A stretch of 58,118 nt of DNA, from IMG/VR virus record IMGVR_UViG_3300023272_000003, positions 1-58,118 of that record, one strand, 5' to 3'. Source of the DNA: a virus. Its lineage: Duplodnaviria > Caudoviricetes. Within the stretch, counting starts at the first letter, position 1. Every line of letters starts with the position of its first letter. Both the position numbers and the translations under genes were made by a program. The notes beneath the pieces were generated by a model. It had not been told where the DNA came from, ran no database searches, and saw only the letters and a program-made list of their open reading frames with translations. This document shows, one piece after another, positions 1-7,458 of the stretch.

Positions 1-31
1 TTTGCTGACTATCCTGCTCATCGGCTCTCCT
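1..31. repeat. 31-bp terminal overlap identical to 58088-58118 (circular assembly)
   Basis: TTTGCTGACTATCCTGCTCATCGGCTCTCCT at both ends; stop of ORF 18..230 overlaps start of ORF 57788..58108 across the join. Confidence 0.95.
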
Positions 32-230
32 CCCGGTCGTCGATCAGGTCCGCGACGGTGCATACAGGAACCCCTTCGAGTGAAAAAACACAGCATGTGG
101 GCCTATCTGCTTGGGAGAAGTACGCTTTGCCTGCTGCCGTAGCCTTTCTCGTTGCACCATGCTGAGATAGGTGGGCGTAAGCATCGAAGAACACCTCACT
201 CCGCTTCGGAAACTGCTGCTCTGCCATCAC
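18..230 (-). CDS. hypothetical protein, paralog of 48009..48206
   Basis: Coupled to neighbours; shares PKRSEVFF and CTVADLIDDR with 48009..48206. Confidence 0.75.
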   Translation of the reverse strand: MMAEQQFPKRSEVFFDAYAHLSQHGATRKATAAGKAYFSQADRPTCCVFSLEGVPVCTVADLIDDREESR

Positions 231-904
231 GCCGCCACCAGCCTCTCTGCCGCCTCTACGCCGGCCACTATCCCCATGCGGAACATCTGAGACCGAAGCG
301 CCGCCATCTCCTGCAGGTACTTCCAGTCCAGGTCATTCAACTCTTGGGCCTCGATCCGCAGGCACTCCGCGTCTTGGCAGGTGAGGCCACCGCGCCGGAT
401 CTGCGCCACGATGCGCCCCTGCTCCTCCACCGCCCGACGCCGCACCGCAAGGGTCTCCTCCAGTTGCAGAAGGCACAAACCCCGCAGTTCCGTCAGGTGG
501 CAGCAGTAGCGCCAGTTGCGGAAGCCCGTACACTCACAGGTGTTACGGAGGCAGTTGACGTAGTAGGAACCACCCTCGCCCCGGTAGACCCGGAAGCCCT
601 CGGCCTCTGCTCCGATGCGGTAGCCCGCCGCCCACAAGTCTTCTGCTGTTCTGGTTTTGGTTGCCTTTTTGGTTGGCACGTTCGCCCGAACTTCTTTCGT
701 CAAGTCTCCCCAGGTCAAGCGGCTTCCATCAACATTCAGAACAGGCTCACCGCTTTCGGTCTGGTAAATCGTGCTGTCGCTATAGGTGCCATGAGCAAAG
801 TAAGCAAGACCGGATTCCTGTGCGTCCCACCGCGCATTGCGGTAAGGGGCTGTCTCGGTTTGAACATCGCTCCGTTTGATCTGCTGCTCTGTTTTGGTTG
901 CCAT
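227..904 (-). CDS. SWIM zinc-finger domain protein
   Basis: YYVN...CECTGF...YCCHL matches SWIM CxC-xn-CxH; ATG at 904 with GGGGAA RBS downstream of promoter 940-969. Confidence 0.7.
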   Translation of the reverse strand: MATKTEQQIKRSDVQTETAPYRNARWDAQESGLAYFAHGTYSDSTIYQTESGEPVLNVDGSRLTWGDLTKEVRANVPTKKATKTRTAEDLWAAGYRIGAEAEGFRVYRGEGGSYYVNCLRNTCECTGFRNWRYCCHLTELRGLCLLQLEETLAVRRRAVEEQGRIVAQIRRGGLTCQDAECLRIEAQELNDLDWKYLQEMAALRSQMFRMGIVAGVEAAERLVAA

Positions 905-939
905 CTGCGAATTCCCCGCTTGTTCGTAAGTGATACTGT

Positions 940-969
940 ATTGTATCAAATTTGATACATAGTTGTCAA
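940..969 (-). promoter_or_regulatory. early leftward promoter with repressor operator
   Basis: TTGACA-18-TACAAT on minus strand; perfect palindrome TGTATCAAATTTGATACA at 942-959 overlaps spacer and -10. Confidence 0.8.
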
Positions 970-992
970 GTATTTGACACGCATAAGGGAAA

Positions 993-1253
993 TTAATTTT
1001 GCGGGTTGTTGTCTTTAGCGATGGCGACACCGTATTTCCGGCGGCCTTCTTCGTTGAGAGCTTCTGCGAGGGACTTGCCAAAATAGGCGGCAATCGAGGC
1101 AATCACGTCCAGGCTGACGGGCGTGTCATCTTCTTCTGTGCGAGAAATCGTGGGGCGAGAACGGGAGACATGGTGGGCGAGTTCTGTTTGCGAAAGACCA
1201 GCACCCTCACGCCAAGACTTTATTATCTCAGGATTATGGTGTATCGTAGGCAT
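993..1253 (-). CDS. Cro-like XRE helix-turn-helix regulator
   Basis: IKSWREGAGLSQTELAHHVSRSRPTISRTE is an HTH_3 signature; divergent from second XRE gene. Confidence 0.85.
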   Translation of the reverse strand: MPTIHHNPEIIKSWREGAGLSQTELAHHVSRSRPTISRTEEDDTPVSLDVIASIAAYFGKSLAEALNEEGRRKYGVAIAKDNNPQN

Positions 1254-1259
1254 GATATT

Positions 1260-1288
1260 ATTGTATCATATTTGTACAAGAGTGTCAA
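1260..1288 (-). promoter_or_regulatory. promoter for cro-like gene with operator
   Basis: TTGACA-17-TACAAT; operator variant TGTATCATATTTGTACA at 1262-1278. Confidence 0.75.
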
Positions 1289-1322
1289 CCCTTGTACACC
1301 TTTCGCTGGATTTACTAGAAAG

Positions 1323-1338
1323 TGTGAATTGTTTCACA
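1323..1338. promoter_or_regulatory. CRP-family binding box
   Basis: TGTGA-ATTGTT-TCACA, exact TGTGA-N6-TCACA consensus between the two switch promoters. Confidence 0.6.
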
Positions 1339-1358
1339 GGTTATCCTCCTCTGCTTAC

Positions 1359-1388
1359 TTGCATGTCATGTATCAAATATGATACAAT
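1359..1388 (+). promoter_or_regulatory. promoter for CI-like gene with operator
   Basis: TTGCAT-18-TACAAT; operator TGTATCAAATATGATACA at 1369-1386. Confidence 0.7.
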
Positions 1389-1477
1389 TCACGTGTGATT
1401 AGGGATGTGCCCTTGTTCACCGACTGATCGCGGTAGGCCTTGCTGTCGTGACCGCTTATTATGGGGAGAAACGTACT

Positions 1478-1858
1478 ATGTCTACCAACCGGGTTACACC
1501 AGCCAACGAGGGTAAAGAGTTCGCACGCTGGTTTACTTCCCTGCGCGAAGATATTGGCTCTCAGGATGAGGCCGCAGAGAAAATAGGCGTATCGCGTATA
1601 ACTCTGGCGCGGTGGGAAGGCGGTAAATACCTCCCTTCCGCAAAGCATATTCCGCTTATAGCAAAGGTATTTGCAGTTTCGGATGAGGAGGTGGCACGAC
1701 GCGCTGGGGTTATTTTGGAGTCCAAAGTATCCGAAAGGTCTCTGTCGTTGGCACGTCTCATAGAGAGCAGGCTGCCGGATCTTCCGGAAGATCGGTGGCA
1801 GGCTGCCATGAGAGGAATCGATTCCTTTCTGATGGCTCTCAGTCCGCCACAGCCCTGA
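1478..1858 (+). CDS. CI-like XRE repressor (no S24 peptidase domain)
   Basis: SQDEAAEKIGVSRITLARWEGGKYLPS HTH_3 motif; GGGGAG RBS before ATG 1478. Confidence 0.85.
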   Translation: MSTNRVTPANEGKEFARWFTSLREDIGSQDEAAEKIGVSRITLARWEGGKYLPSAKHIPLIAKVFAVSDEEVARRAGVILESKVSERSLSLARLIESRLPDLPEDRWQAAMRGIDSFLMALSPPQP

Positions 1859-2017
1859 AAACCACCGGATAACCCGGACGAACCGTAATAGCCCAACGGA
1901 TCGGCCAAGGAGCATAACCAGGGCCATGATTGCCCGCGCCGCAGTGTCGGCGCGCCTGTAAGAAGCGTAAAACGCATTTCCCGATTCGCTATCCTCGTTA
2001 GATGGGATTCCCCAGCC

Positions 2018-2659
2018 ATGAAGCAATACACCCTCAAGGAAATCTCCGAACGCACCGGCATCTCGACATCTACCCTCCGTGACTATCTGGACACCGACGA
2101 AAAGAAACGGTTTTGGGGTGTACACGGGAATCCTCCTCTATACCCTGAAAGTGCTTTGGCCTTGTTTGACAGCCTCAAAGAGCTACGCGAACAGAAGATC
2201 ATCAAGCCTCAAAACTTCCTCGAACTCAGGCACTTGATAACCGAGCACTCAGGTGAAATCGGAAAACGCGATTCGCGCTCCGGTGCGCTGGTGGTGCCCG
2301 ATTCGGAAAACGCGATTCTCGACATGACGGCAGAACGCCTTGCGGATGTGATCGCCAATGCCGTGCGGTACGCCGTATCGGAGGCACTCCAGGCCGACCG
2401 CCTACAACACGCTCCCGCGCCGCCTGATGAGATCCTGACGGCACAAGAGGTCGCGGACATCGTGAAGTGCCACCCCGGCAATATCCGGCGCTCTACGGGC
2501 CTCCTGCCGGTCAAGAGAGGTCGATACCGCGCCTCCGACGTTTACCGCTACATTCAGGCTCTGGAGCCCCAGCAGCCCCGCGTTCGCCGCCGTCCGGCCC
2601 CCGCGCTCCCACCCGCTCCAGAGCCCCCGTTACCTGCCCGTAACCAGCCGGAATCTTGA
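2018..2659 (+). CDS. MerR-like winged-HTH protein with second excisionase-like HTH
   Basis: YTLKEISERTGISTSTLRDY N-terminal HTH; ILTAQEVADIVKCHP...YRASDV C-terminal HTH_17-like segment. Confidence 0.65.
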   Translation: MKQYTLKEISERTGISTSTLRDYLDTDEKKRFWGVHGNPPLYPESALALFDSLKELREQKIIKPQNFLELRHLITEHSGEIGKRDSRSGALVVPDSENAILDMTAERLADVIANAVRYAVSEALQADRLQHAPAPPDEILTAQEVADIVKCHPGNIRRSTGLLPVKRGRYRASDVYRYIQALEPQQPRVRRRPAPALPPAPEPPLPARNQPES

Positions 2660-2726
2660 CGTAACGGGAGGTATTACGCCCTACGTCCCCCCTATATCTA
2701 AAGTTAGCGAAAATACATTATTAATG

Positions 2727-2742
2727 TGTGATATATGTCACA
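2727..2742. promoter_or_regulatory. CRP-family binding box in AT-rich intergenic patch
   Basis: TGTGA-TATATG-TCACA within TGTGTGA-N6-TCACACA. Confidence 0.55.
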
Positions 2743-2852
2743 CAGTAGTATATATCTGTGCAGGTAAAAAGCTGGTCTGGTTGGGCTGTTTTCTGCTGCG
2801 GTTGTCCGCTTGTGGGGAGCGAAATGGGGTCAAAATAGTTCGGTCGTGAGGG

Positions 2853-2885
2853 GCAAAAAGGACGGCAAACCACCGTCCTTTTTGC
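2853..2885. terminator. bidirectional intrinsic terminator
   Basis: GCAAAAAGGACGG-7nt-CCGTCCTTTTTGC. Confidence 0.85.
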
Positions 2886-2942
2886 TTGCCTGAAGCAGGC
2901 GGACTATTTTCAAAAATAATTTCATGGATTGCCAATTAACCC

Positions 2943-2976
2943 TTGACAACCTTATTGCATGGTGGTACAATAAGGT
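2943..2976 (+). promoter_or_regulatory. consensus sigma70 promoter A with inverted-repeat operator
   Basis: TTGACA-17-TACAAT; ACCTTATTG (2949-2957) and CAATAAGGT (2968-2976) inverted repeat. Confidence 0.85.
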
Positions 2977-3001
2977 ATCACAAATACGGAGGCATTGACC
3001 A

Positions 3002-3283
3002 ATGACTACTCTTCACCCGTTTGCAATCAACACCCGCGTTGTCCGCACTACTTCCGGCGATTCCTGCGGATACATCGGCATCGTCATCGACCAGGACGGT
3101 GACAGGGTTCGCGTCCAGTGGGACGCTACACACTGCCACCCGAAGGGCGTCAAGACCTGGGTGAAGTTCACGGAGGTTGACTTCGAGACAGAGGTCCTGG
3201 TCGCGGACTGTAACACCCGCAGGGCTGAGTTTCTCCAGAGGCGGGCAGCGAAGTGGTCGAAGCCTCGTTTCAGTTATCGCTGA
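3002..3283 (+). CDS. hypothetical protein (possible SH3-like beta barrel)
   Basis: GGAGG RBS after promoter A; RVV..G.V....RVRVQWD pattern. Confidence 0.7.
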   Translation: MTTLHPFAINTRVVRTTSGDSCGYIGIVIDQDGDRVRVQWDATHCHPKGVKTWVKFTEVDFETEVLVADCNTRRAEFLQRRAAKWSKPRFSYR

Positions 3284-3332
3284 GGTACCGCAGGCCAGCC
3301 GGGGGCCAACGCCCGGCAGAGAGGATAAAACT

Positions 3333-3488
3333 ATGTTCGAGGTTTATGAAGTGATCTGGCTTGCAACCGGTGGCGCAAAGTATCGGCATGTGGCGTTCCG
3401 TGACAGCATCGAAGAGGCGTGGAGTTTTGCCGACGATCTGAACAACCAACACCACAATAGCCAGTTTGAGGCGAGGCCAAAGCCATGA
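3333..3488 (+). CDS. hypothetical protein
   Basis: GAGAGGA RBS then ATG 3333. Confidence 0.6.
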   Translation: MFEVYEVIWLATGGAKYRHVAFRDSIEEAWSFADDLNNQHHNSQFEARPKP

Positions 3489-3677
3489 GCGGCACGCAGG
3501 GAGCCCGCACGCTAACTTGTCCAGTGTGCGGGCTCCGGTATCGACGAACAAACTGGATGAACCGAACAGGAAACAGGGCTGTCAAAACACCGGGAGGGCG
3601 ATGGCTTGACGACTCACATCAGATAGCGTGCTATTATGGCCGCAAGACACAGACTACAGAGGAGCAGGAGGAACCGA

Positions 3678-3890
3678 TTGCCAAGACGACCCATCCCCCC
3701 AGAGGAGCGGAAGCGCGCTCCCGGCGGAGGACGAAAGAAGACCCTGCCCGACACGACCGACCTCCATGTAAATATGCCGACTGCCGACGTAGAGGAGATG
3801 GATCGGCTGCGGGGCGACCTCACCCGTAGCGAGTTTATCCGGGCGGCGGTGCGGGAGAAGTTGGGGCGTGAGCAACAGGCGGAGGAGTAA
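3678..3890 (+). CDS. ribbon-helix-helix (CopG-like) regulator with basic GGGRKK hook
   Basis: LHVNMPTADVEEMDRLRGDLTRSEFIRAAVREKL; TTG start after AGGAGG. Confidence 0.75.
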   Translation: MPRRPIPPEERKRAPGGGRKKTLPDTTDLHVNMPTADVEEMDRLRGDLTRSEFIRAAVREKLGREQQAEE

Positions 3891-3980
3891 GAGGCTGTGA
3901 CGGCGTTGGGCTTTGGAGAGGCTATCAGTTCTCTCCAGGCACAGCACCAAGACGCGCGCTACTAATAGAACGGAGGATGA

Positions 3981-4205
3981 ATGACTGTGTTAAAGATAAT
4001 CACTCCCGGCACAGACAGCCGGTATACCCTCACCAAGAGCGGGAAGTTTCTACGCTGCCGGTTGTGCGGGCGGCTGTTTTCTAACGAAACATTCAGCCCC
4101 AAGCACCTGCACTATACGATATACTGCTCTGTAACGGGCATAGGGAGTGGGAAGCCTATTGAGGCTATGCGCTCCGTTGGTGGGGCGAAGGAGAAGAGAT
4201 TATGA
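3981..4205 (+). CDS. hypothetical protein with CxxC
   Basis: GGAGG RBS; ATGA coupling to next ORF. Confidence 0.55.
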   Translation: MTVLKIITPGTDSRYTLTKSGKFLRCRLCGRLFSNETFSPKHLHYTIYCSVTGIGSGKPIEAMRSVGGAKEKRL

Positions 4206-4483
4206 CGATTGAACAACAGCAGCAGGAACGAGCAGAGCAGAAGGCAGCGGCGATCCAGGGGTTGCGACTTTTGTTGGCCGCACTGGAGACAGATGAGAAG
4301 AGTTACGCTGTGATGACCTGCCATGGAGCCGAAAAGGACGATTACGGCATAGAGTGGGCAAAGTGGGAACTTGGCGTCGTGTGGGGCAGCGCTGCGGCTC
4401 TGTATAAGGCAGAAGACGACGACCAGCCCGGCCACGACAAGGGCGGCAGCGGCGCATGGGGCGACCCGTTCAACCAGCGATAG
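4202..4483 (+). CDS. hypothetical protein
   Basis: Coupled ORF with AAGGAG RBS. Confidence 0.6.
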   Translation: MTIEQQQQERAEQKAAAIQGLRLLLAALETDEKSYAVMTCHGAEKDDYGIEWAKWELGVVWGSAAALYKAEDDDQPGHDKGGSGAWGDPFNQR

Positions 4484-4491
4484 GAGGGGCA

Positions 4492-4713
4492 ATGACCAAC
4501 GCATCGATCCCGTGGGCGAAAGTCCTCAATCCGACGCAAGTTCTGGCGATCACCACAGCCTACGAATCGGGATACGGGCACGGCCACCAGCGCCGGCATT
4601 TAGGCAACCCCTACGAGGAGGGAACGCCAGAGCATGAGGCGTACCGGATCGGCGTCAAGGAGGGGGAGGAGCATAGCCCCATACGGCCAACAGAGGAGGC
4701 GGGGAGTGAGTAG
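4492..4713 (+). CDS. Rmf/CrpP-fold-like small protein
   Basis: AYESGYGHG...NPYEEGTPEHEAYRIGVKEG resembles Rmf-like motif; AGGAGG RBS. Confidence 0.5.
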   Translation: MTNASIPWAKVLNPTQVLAITTAYESGYGHGHQRRHLGNPYEEGTPEHEAYRIGVKEGEEHSPIRPTEEAGSE

Positions 4714-4978
4714 CGAGACGAAACGGCGTGTGGCCGTTGCTGATCCGACCATGCGGCATACGTTCAAGTCGATTTTTGCGCCGAAACATCTGATGGGCAG
4801 ACTCTGGGAATGGACGCTACCTTGCGGATGTACCGCTTATAGGCGGGTACGGTACACGAAATCCCCAGGGGGCACGGCAGGAAATGCCTCCTCTTTTCGC
4901 CGTGCAAAATCCGACGCCCTGCCTGCTCCTCGGTATATCTGGCACGCCTGCAACAGCATTAAGGAGGATGGGCCTTGA
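4706..4978 (+). CDS. hypothetical protein
   Basis: GTG start overlapping previous stop; GAGG upstream. Confidence 0.45.
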   Translation: MSSETKRRVAVADPTMRHTFKSIFAPKHLMGRLWEWTLPCGCTAYRRVRYTKSPGGTAGNASSFRRAKSDALPAPRYIWHACNSIKEDGP

Positions 4979-4996
4979 GCGCCGCCCCACCGAGGC

Positions 4997-5026
4997 TTGA
5001 CTTCCTGGCCGACTGTGCGGTAGAAT
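4997..5026 (+). promoter_or_regulatory. sigma70 promoter for structured RNA and three-gene operon
   Basis: TTGACT-18-TAGAAT about 6 nt before the RNA closing stem. Confidence 0.7.
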
Positions 5027-5031
5027 GGTGG

Positions 5032-5150
5032 CGTCAAAGTCCCTTGTGCGAAATCCATCACGGCAGAACAAAATTTCAGATTGTGGCCTGAGTCTCGCAA
5101 GGATTCCGGCTACCAACACGACGCATCCTGATGGATTGGGGACTTTGACG
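5032..5150 (+). ncRNA. C4/CI-like structured antisense RNA
   Basis: CGTCAAAGTCCC/GGGACTTTGACG and AATCCATCA/TGATGGATT stems, inner hairpin, two unpaired segments complementary to downstream leaders. Confidence 0.7.
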
Positions 5151-5208
5151 ATTTCCTAATTGCTGACGGGATGCGTCGTGTTTTATTTTGTCAGGAGGAG
5201 TTCGCGAA

Positions 5209-5463
5209 ATGGCAAGTGATCTTATCTTAATCGAATCGCATGAAACGAACGGCGTAGAGTGGGGCATAAGCACGGATGGCCCTAACCCCACCCCGGAAAA
5301 CTACATCAAATGCCGCAATGAGGGACACGCCCGGTACATTGTGGCGCAGTACAATGCGGGGCTTATGACGCCCTTCCTGATTGCCGCCGGTGCCACGCAG
5401 GGAACGTTCGGGGACGGCATAGCCGAAGCGAGATGGATCAAAGCGAACGGTTACTCTGTCTGA
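5209..5463 (+). CDS. hypothetical protein
   Basis: AGGAGG RBS inside repeat 1. Confidence 0.7.
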   Translation: MASDLILIESHETNGVEWGISTDGPNPTPENYIKCRNEGHARYIVAQYNAGLMTPFLIAAGATQGTFGDGIAEARWIKANGYSV

Positions 5464-5497
5464 CGCTCCGTGCGTCGTGTTTTTGTCAGGAGGTGAA

Positions 5498-5764
5498 ATG
5501 ATAATTTCAGACGAAGAGGCGCAGAGGATCAGAGAACACTGCCGTATGAAGGTCGGCCTCTCACTGGTGGAAATCAGACATAAGTCAACCGATCTGTGGT
5601 TTATGTCTCAGACCGATGTGTTAGAATTTTCCAGAGATCACCTCGCCTGCATGCAGGAATTTGTGCAGGGCATGCAGGCGGAACTCGACTCAATTCAGCG
5701 ATCCATGAACGATGCAGCCGCGCTCAAAAAGCAGTGTAAAAAGGCTTTCGGCCCGGACGCTTGA
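5498..5764 (+). CDS. hypothetical protein
   Basis: AGGAGGTG RBS inside repeat 2. Confidence 0.7.
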   Translation: MIISDEEAQRIREHCRMKVGLSLVEIRHKSTDLWFMSQTDVLEFSRDHLACMQEFVQGMQAELDSIQRSMNDAAALKKQCKKAFGPDA

Positions 5765-5812
5765 CACTTGCGGATGGGTGCGTCGTGCTTTTGTTTGGGA
5801 GGAGGTTGGGAG

Positions 5813-6082
5813 ATGGGCTACTGTGTCACGATACCAGAAGAGAGCGTCGTCGGTTTTGAAGTCCGGGCGGAGTCCGTCAGGATCTCGCGAATGTGGCTTC
5901 GAGATGAGCAAGGCGAAGAGGCCAGGGAGGCTGATCCGATCATCTTTACTTCTAAAGGGTCGGCAAACTCCGTAGAGATTGAAAAGGAGTTTCTTGCGCG
6001 TGTGCTGGCGTTCTTCGACAATCCAGAGAATCGGCGGCTCTGCGATTTGGAAGTGCCCGCGCCGTTGCCGACAGGAGAATAG
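5813..6082 (+). CDS. hypothetical protein
   Basis: GGAGGAGG RBS inside repeat 3. Confidence 0.7.
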   Translation: MGYCVTIPEESVVGFEVRAESVRISRMWLRDEQGEEAREADPIIFTSKGSANSVEIEKEFLARVLAFFDNPENRRLCDLEVPAPLPTGE

Positions 6083-6093
6083 ATTCACTGCTC

Positions 6094-6122
6094 TTGACTC
6101 TGCCCGTCAAATCTGGTAGAGT
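6094..6122 (+). promoter_or_regulatory. promoter for replication-initiator-like gene
   Basis: TTGACT-17-TAGAGT followed by leader hairpins at 6151-6178 and about 6190-6212. Confidence 0.55.
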
Positions 6123-6217
6123 CGCAACCAGACAACCACAAATGGCGAACGCGCCAGGGAATTACCAGTTCCCGGCGCGCTCTATTCCACCACCTTTGGA
6201 CAAGAAAGGCGGCAAGA

Positions 6218-7369
6218 TTGAATACATCTTACCACAGCAATACTGTTACGTCAACAGTAGACGTTTCCCTAGTTTGTCGGCCCCTGCGCCGCACCCTCTC
6301 GTTTATCGCCTCCCTGACGCGCCGTCGCGGCTACTGCTATGCCGGATGGGACTTTCTCGCGTCGAAGCTCGAATGCTCCACCAAGACCGTACGCCGTCAT
6401 GTGGCGCGCCTGATCGCCTCCGGTATCCTGCGTGTCGAGCAGATCCGCAACCTGCAGCCCCGGTTTTTTATTTGCCCTGAAAGTGTCTGGAATGTGGGCA
6501 CTGTTTGTCCCGATTCTGTCCCTGCTCTTCCTATAGAGGGAGAAGTGAAGCAGAAAAGCAACAAACAGCCAGGGCGCAAGCGCACCCCTGCGCCGATCAC
6601 CGCCCAGGCCGAAGCATCTCCTGTTGTTTGTTCTTCGGCAAAGCCTCTTGAGACGGAGAAACCCCAAGCGGTTGAGACGGTCTCTGTCGTTGAGACGGAA
6701 ACCCAAATTGGCATCACGCACCTATCTGCCATTTCTGCCCAAGAGGAGACTGCCGAGGACGTGGCGGCACTCCTGCGGGCATCGTTGGACGCCGCAGGAG
6801 AGGAGATGCAGGCTTTGGAGAGTGGTGAGAGCCTGGAAGAGAGTGCGGCCGTTTACTGCAATAAAGAGAATTCAGAGGCAATTATAACGGCCGCAACTCA
6901 CAATATAGCCCCGGCCGCTGTCGAAAACATGACGGCCGCTGTACCGGCGCTGCAAGTACGGCCGTATTCTGACACTCCTCCAAAGCCCCAACCCCAGCCG
7001 CTCACGCCGGAACAGACCGCCATCATGCAGGCGCTGGTGCAGGCCGGGGTAGCGCCAGGACAGGCCCGCCAGATGGTTCAGCGTGACGCCACGAAGGCGC
7101 AGGAGGTGATGAAAGCCTATCGGGCCGAGGTACAGCGGGGGCGGGAGATCGAGAGCGCTGGTGGCTGGATCTGGAGCCTATGGAACCGGGAGGGGTTTCG
7201 GTACGTGGAGCGGGGGCAGAAGGCCGCGCCGTCCCACCTCGCGAAAGACCAGGGGTTGCGGATCGTGCCGACGGGCACGGGAGACCGCGGGGCAGCGCCG
7301 CCCGCCAGCGGGGCAGAGGTCTTGGCGGCCCTGCGGCGACGGGGCTTTGGCACGAGCGCCAGGGCGTGA
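6218..7369 (+). CDS. replication initiator-like protein (N-terminal winged HTH)
   Basis: GYCYAGWDFLASKLECSTKTVRRHVARLIASGILRVE is HTH_36-like; low-complexity linker; C-terminal helical domain with IESAGGWI. Confidence 0.65.
   Translation: MNTSYHSNTVTSTVDVSLVCRPLRRTLSFIASLTRRRGYCYAGWDFLASKLECSTKTVRRHVARLIASGILRVEQIRNLQPRFFICPESVWNVGTVCPDSVPALPIEGEVKQKSNKQPGRKRTPAPITAQAEASPVVCSSAKPLETEKPQAVETVSVVETETQIGITHLSAISAQEETAEDVAALLRASLDAAGEEMQALESGESLEESAAVYCNKENSEAIITAATHNIAPAAVENMTAAVPALQVRPYSDTPPKPQPQPLTPEQTAIMQALVQAGVAPGQARQMVQRDATKAQEVMKAYRAEVQRGREIESAGGWIWSLWNREGFRYVERGQKAAPSHLAKDQGLRIVPTGTGDRGAAPPASGAEVLAALRRRGFGTSARA
6226..6254 (-). promoter_or_regulatory. antisense promoter inside start of rep-like gene
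   Basis: TTGACG-17-TAAGAT with TGn extension; palindrome TACTGTT-5-AACAGTA over the -35. Confidence 0.65.
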
Positions 7370-7395
7370 AAAAAGATTGAAAATAAGTGCCGTGC

Positions 7396-7428
7396 GCTAT
7401 TGACAATAGCTATCCGGTTTGGTATAAT
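7396..7428 (+). promoter_or_regulatory. consensus sigma70 promoter B with palindromic operator
   Basis: TTGACA-17-TATAAT; GCTATTG-A-CAATAGC centred on -35. Confidence 0.85.
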
Positions 7429-7458
7429 AGATATATCAAACAACGGAGGCATTGACCA

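Larger units (their letters stand above)
5169..5805 (+). repeat. three copies of TGCGTCGTG..TTTTGT..GGAGG leader motif
   Basis: At 5172, 5471 and 5779, each directly before an RBS. Confidence 0.85.

Noticed and set aside
2715-2760. AT-rich palindromes as a protelomerase telRL site
   Set aside because: Arms are short and overlapping rather than one long palindrome, and no protelomerase is present.
3485-3829. CxxC ORF overlapping the RHH gene
   Set aside because: About 150-nt same-strand overlap with a better supported gene; real extent unresolved.
5169-5805. Repeats as a CRISPR mini-array or integron attC array
   Set aside because: Repeats are short and degenerate, spacers are ~300-bp ORFs, no cas or integron integrase, no R-box pattern seen.
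6648-6698. Three TTGAGACGG copies in the rep-like gene as iterons
   Set aside because: All in frame encoding LET/VET/VET with irregular spacing; protein-level repetition is sufficient, though an origin role is not excluded.
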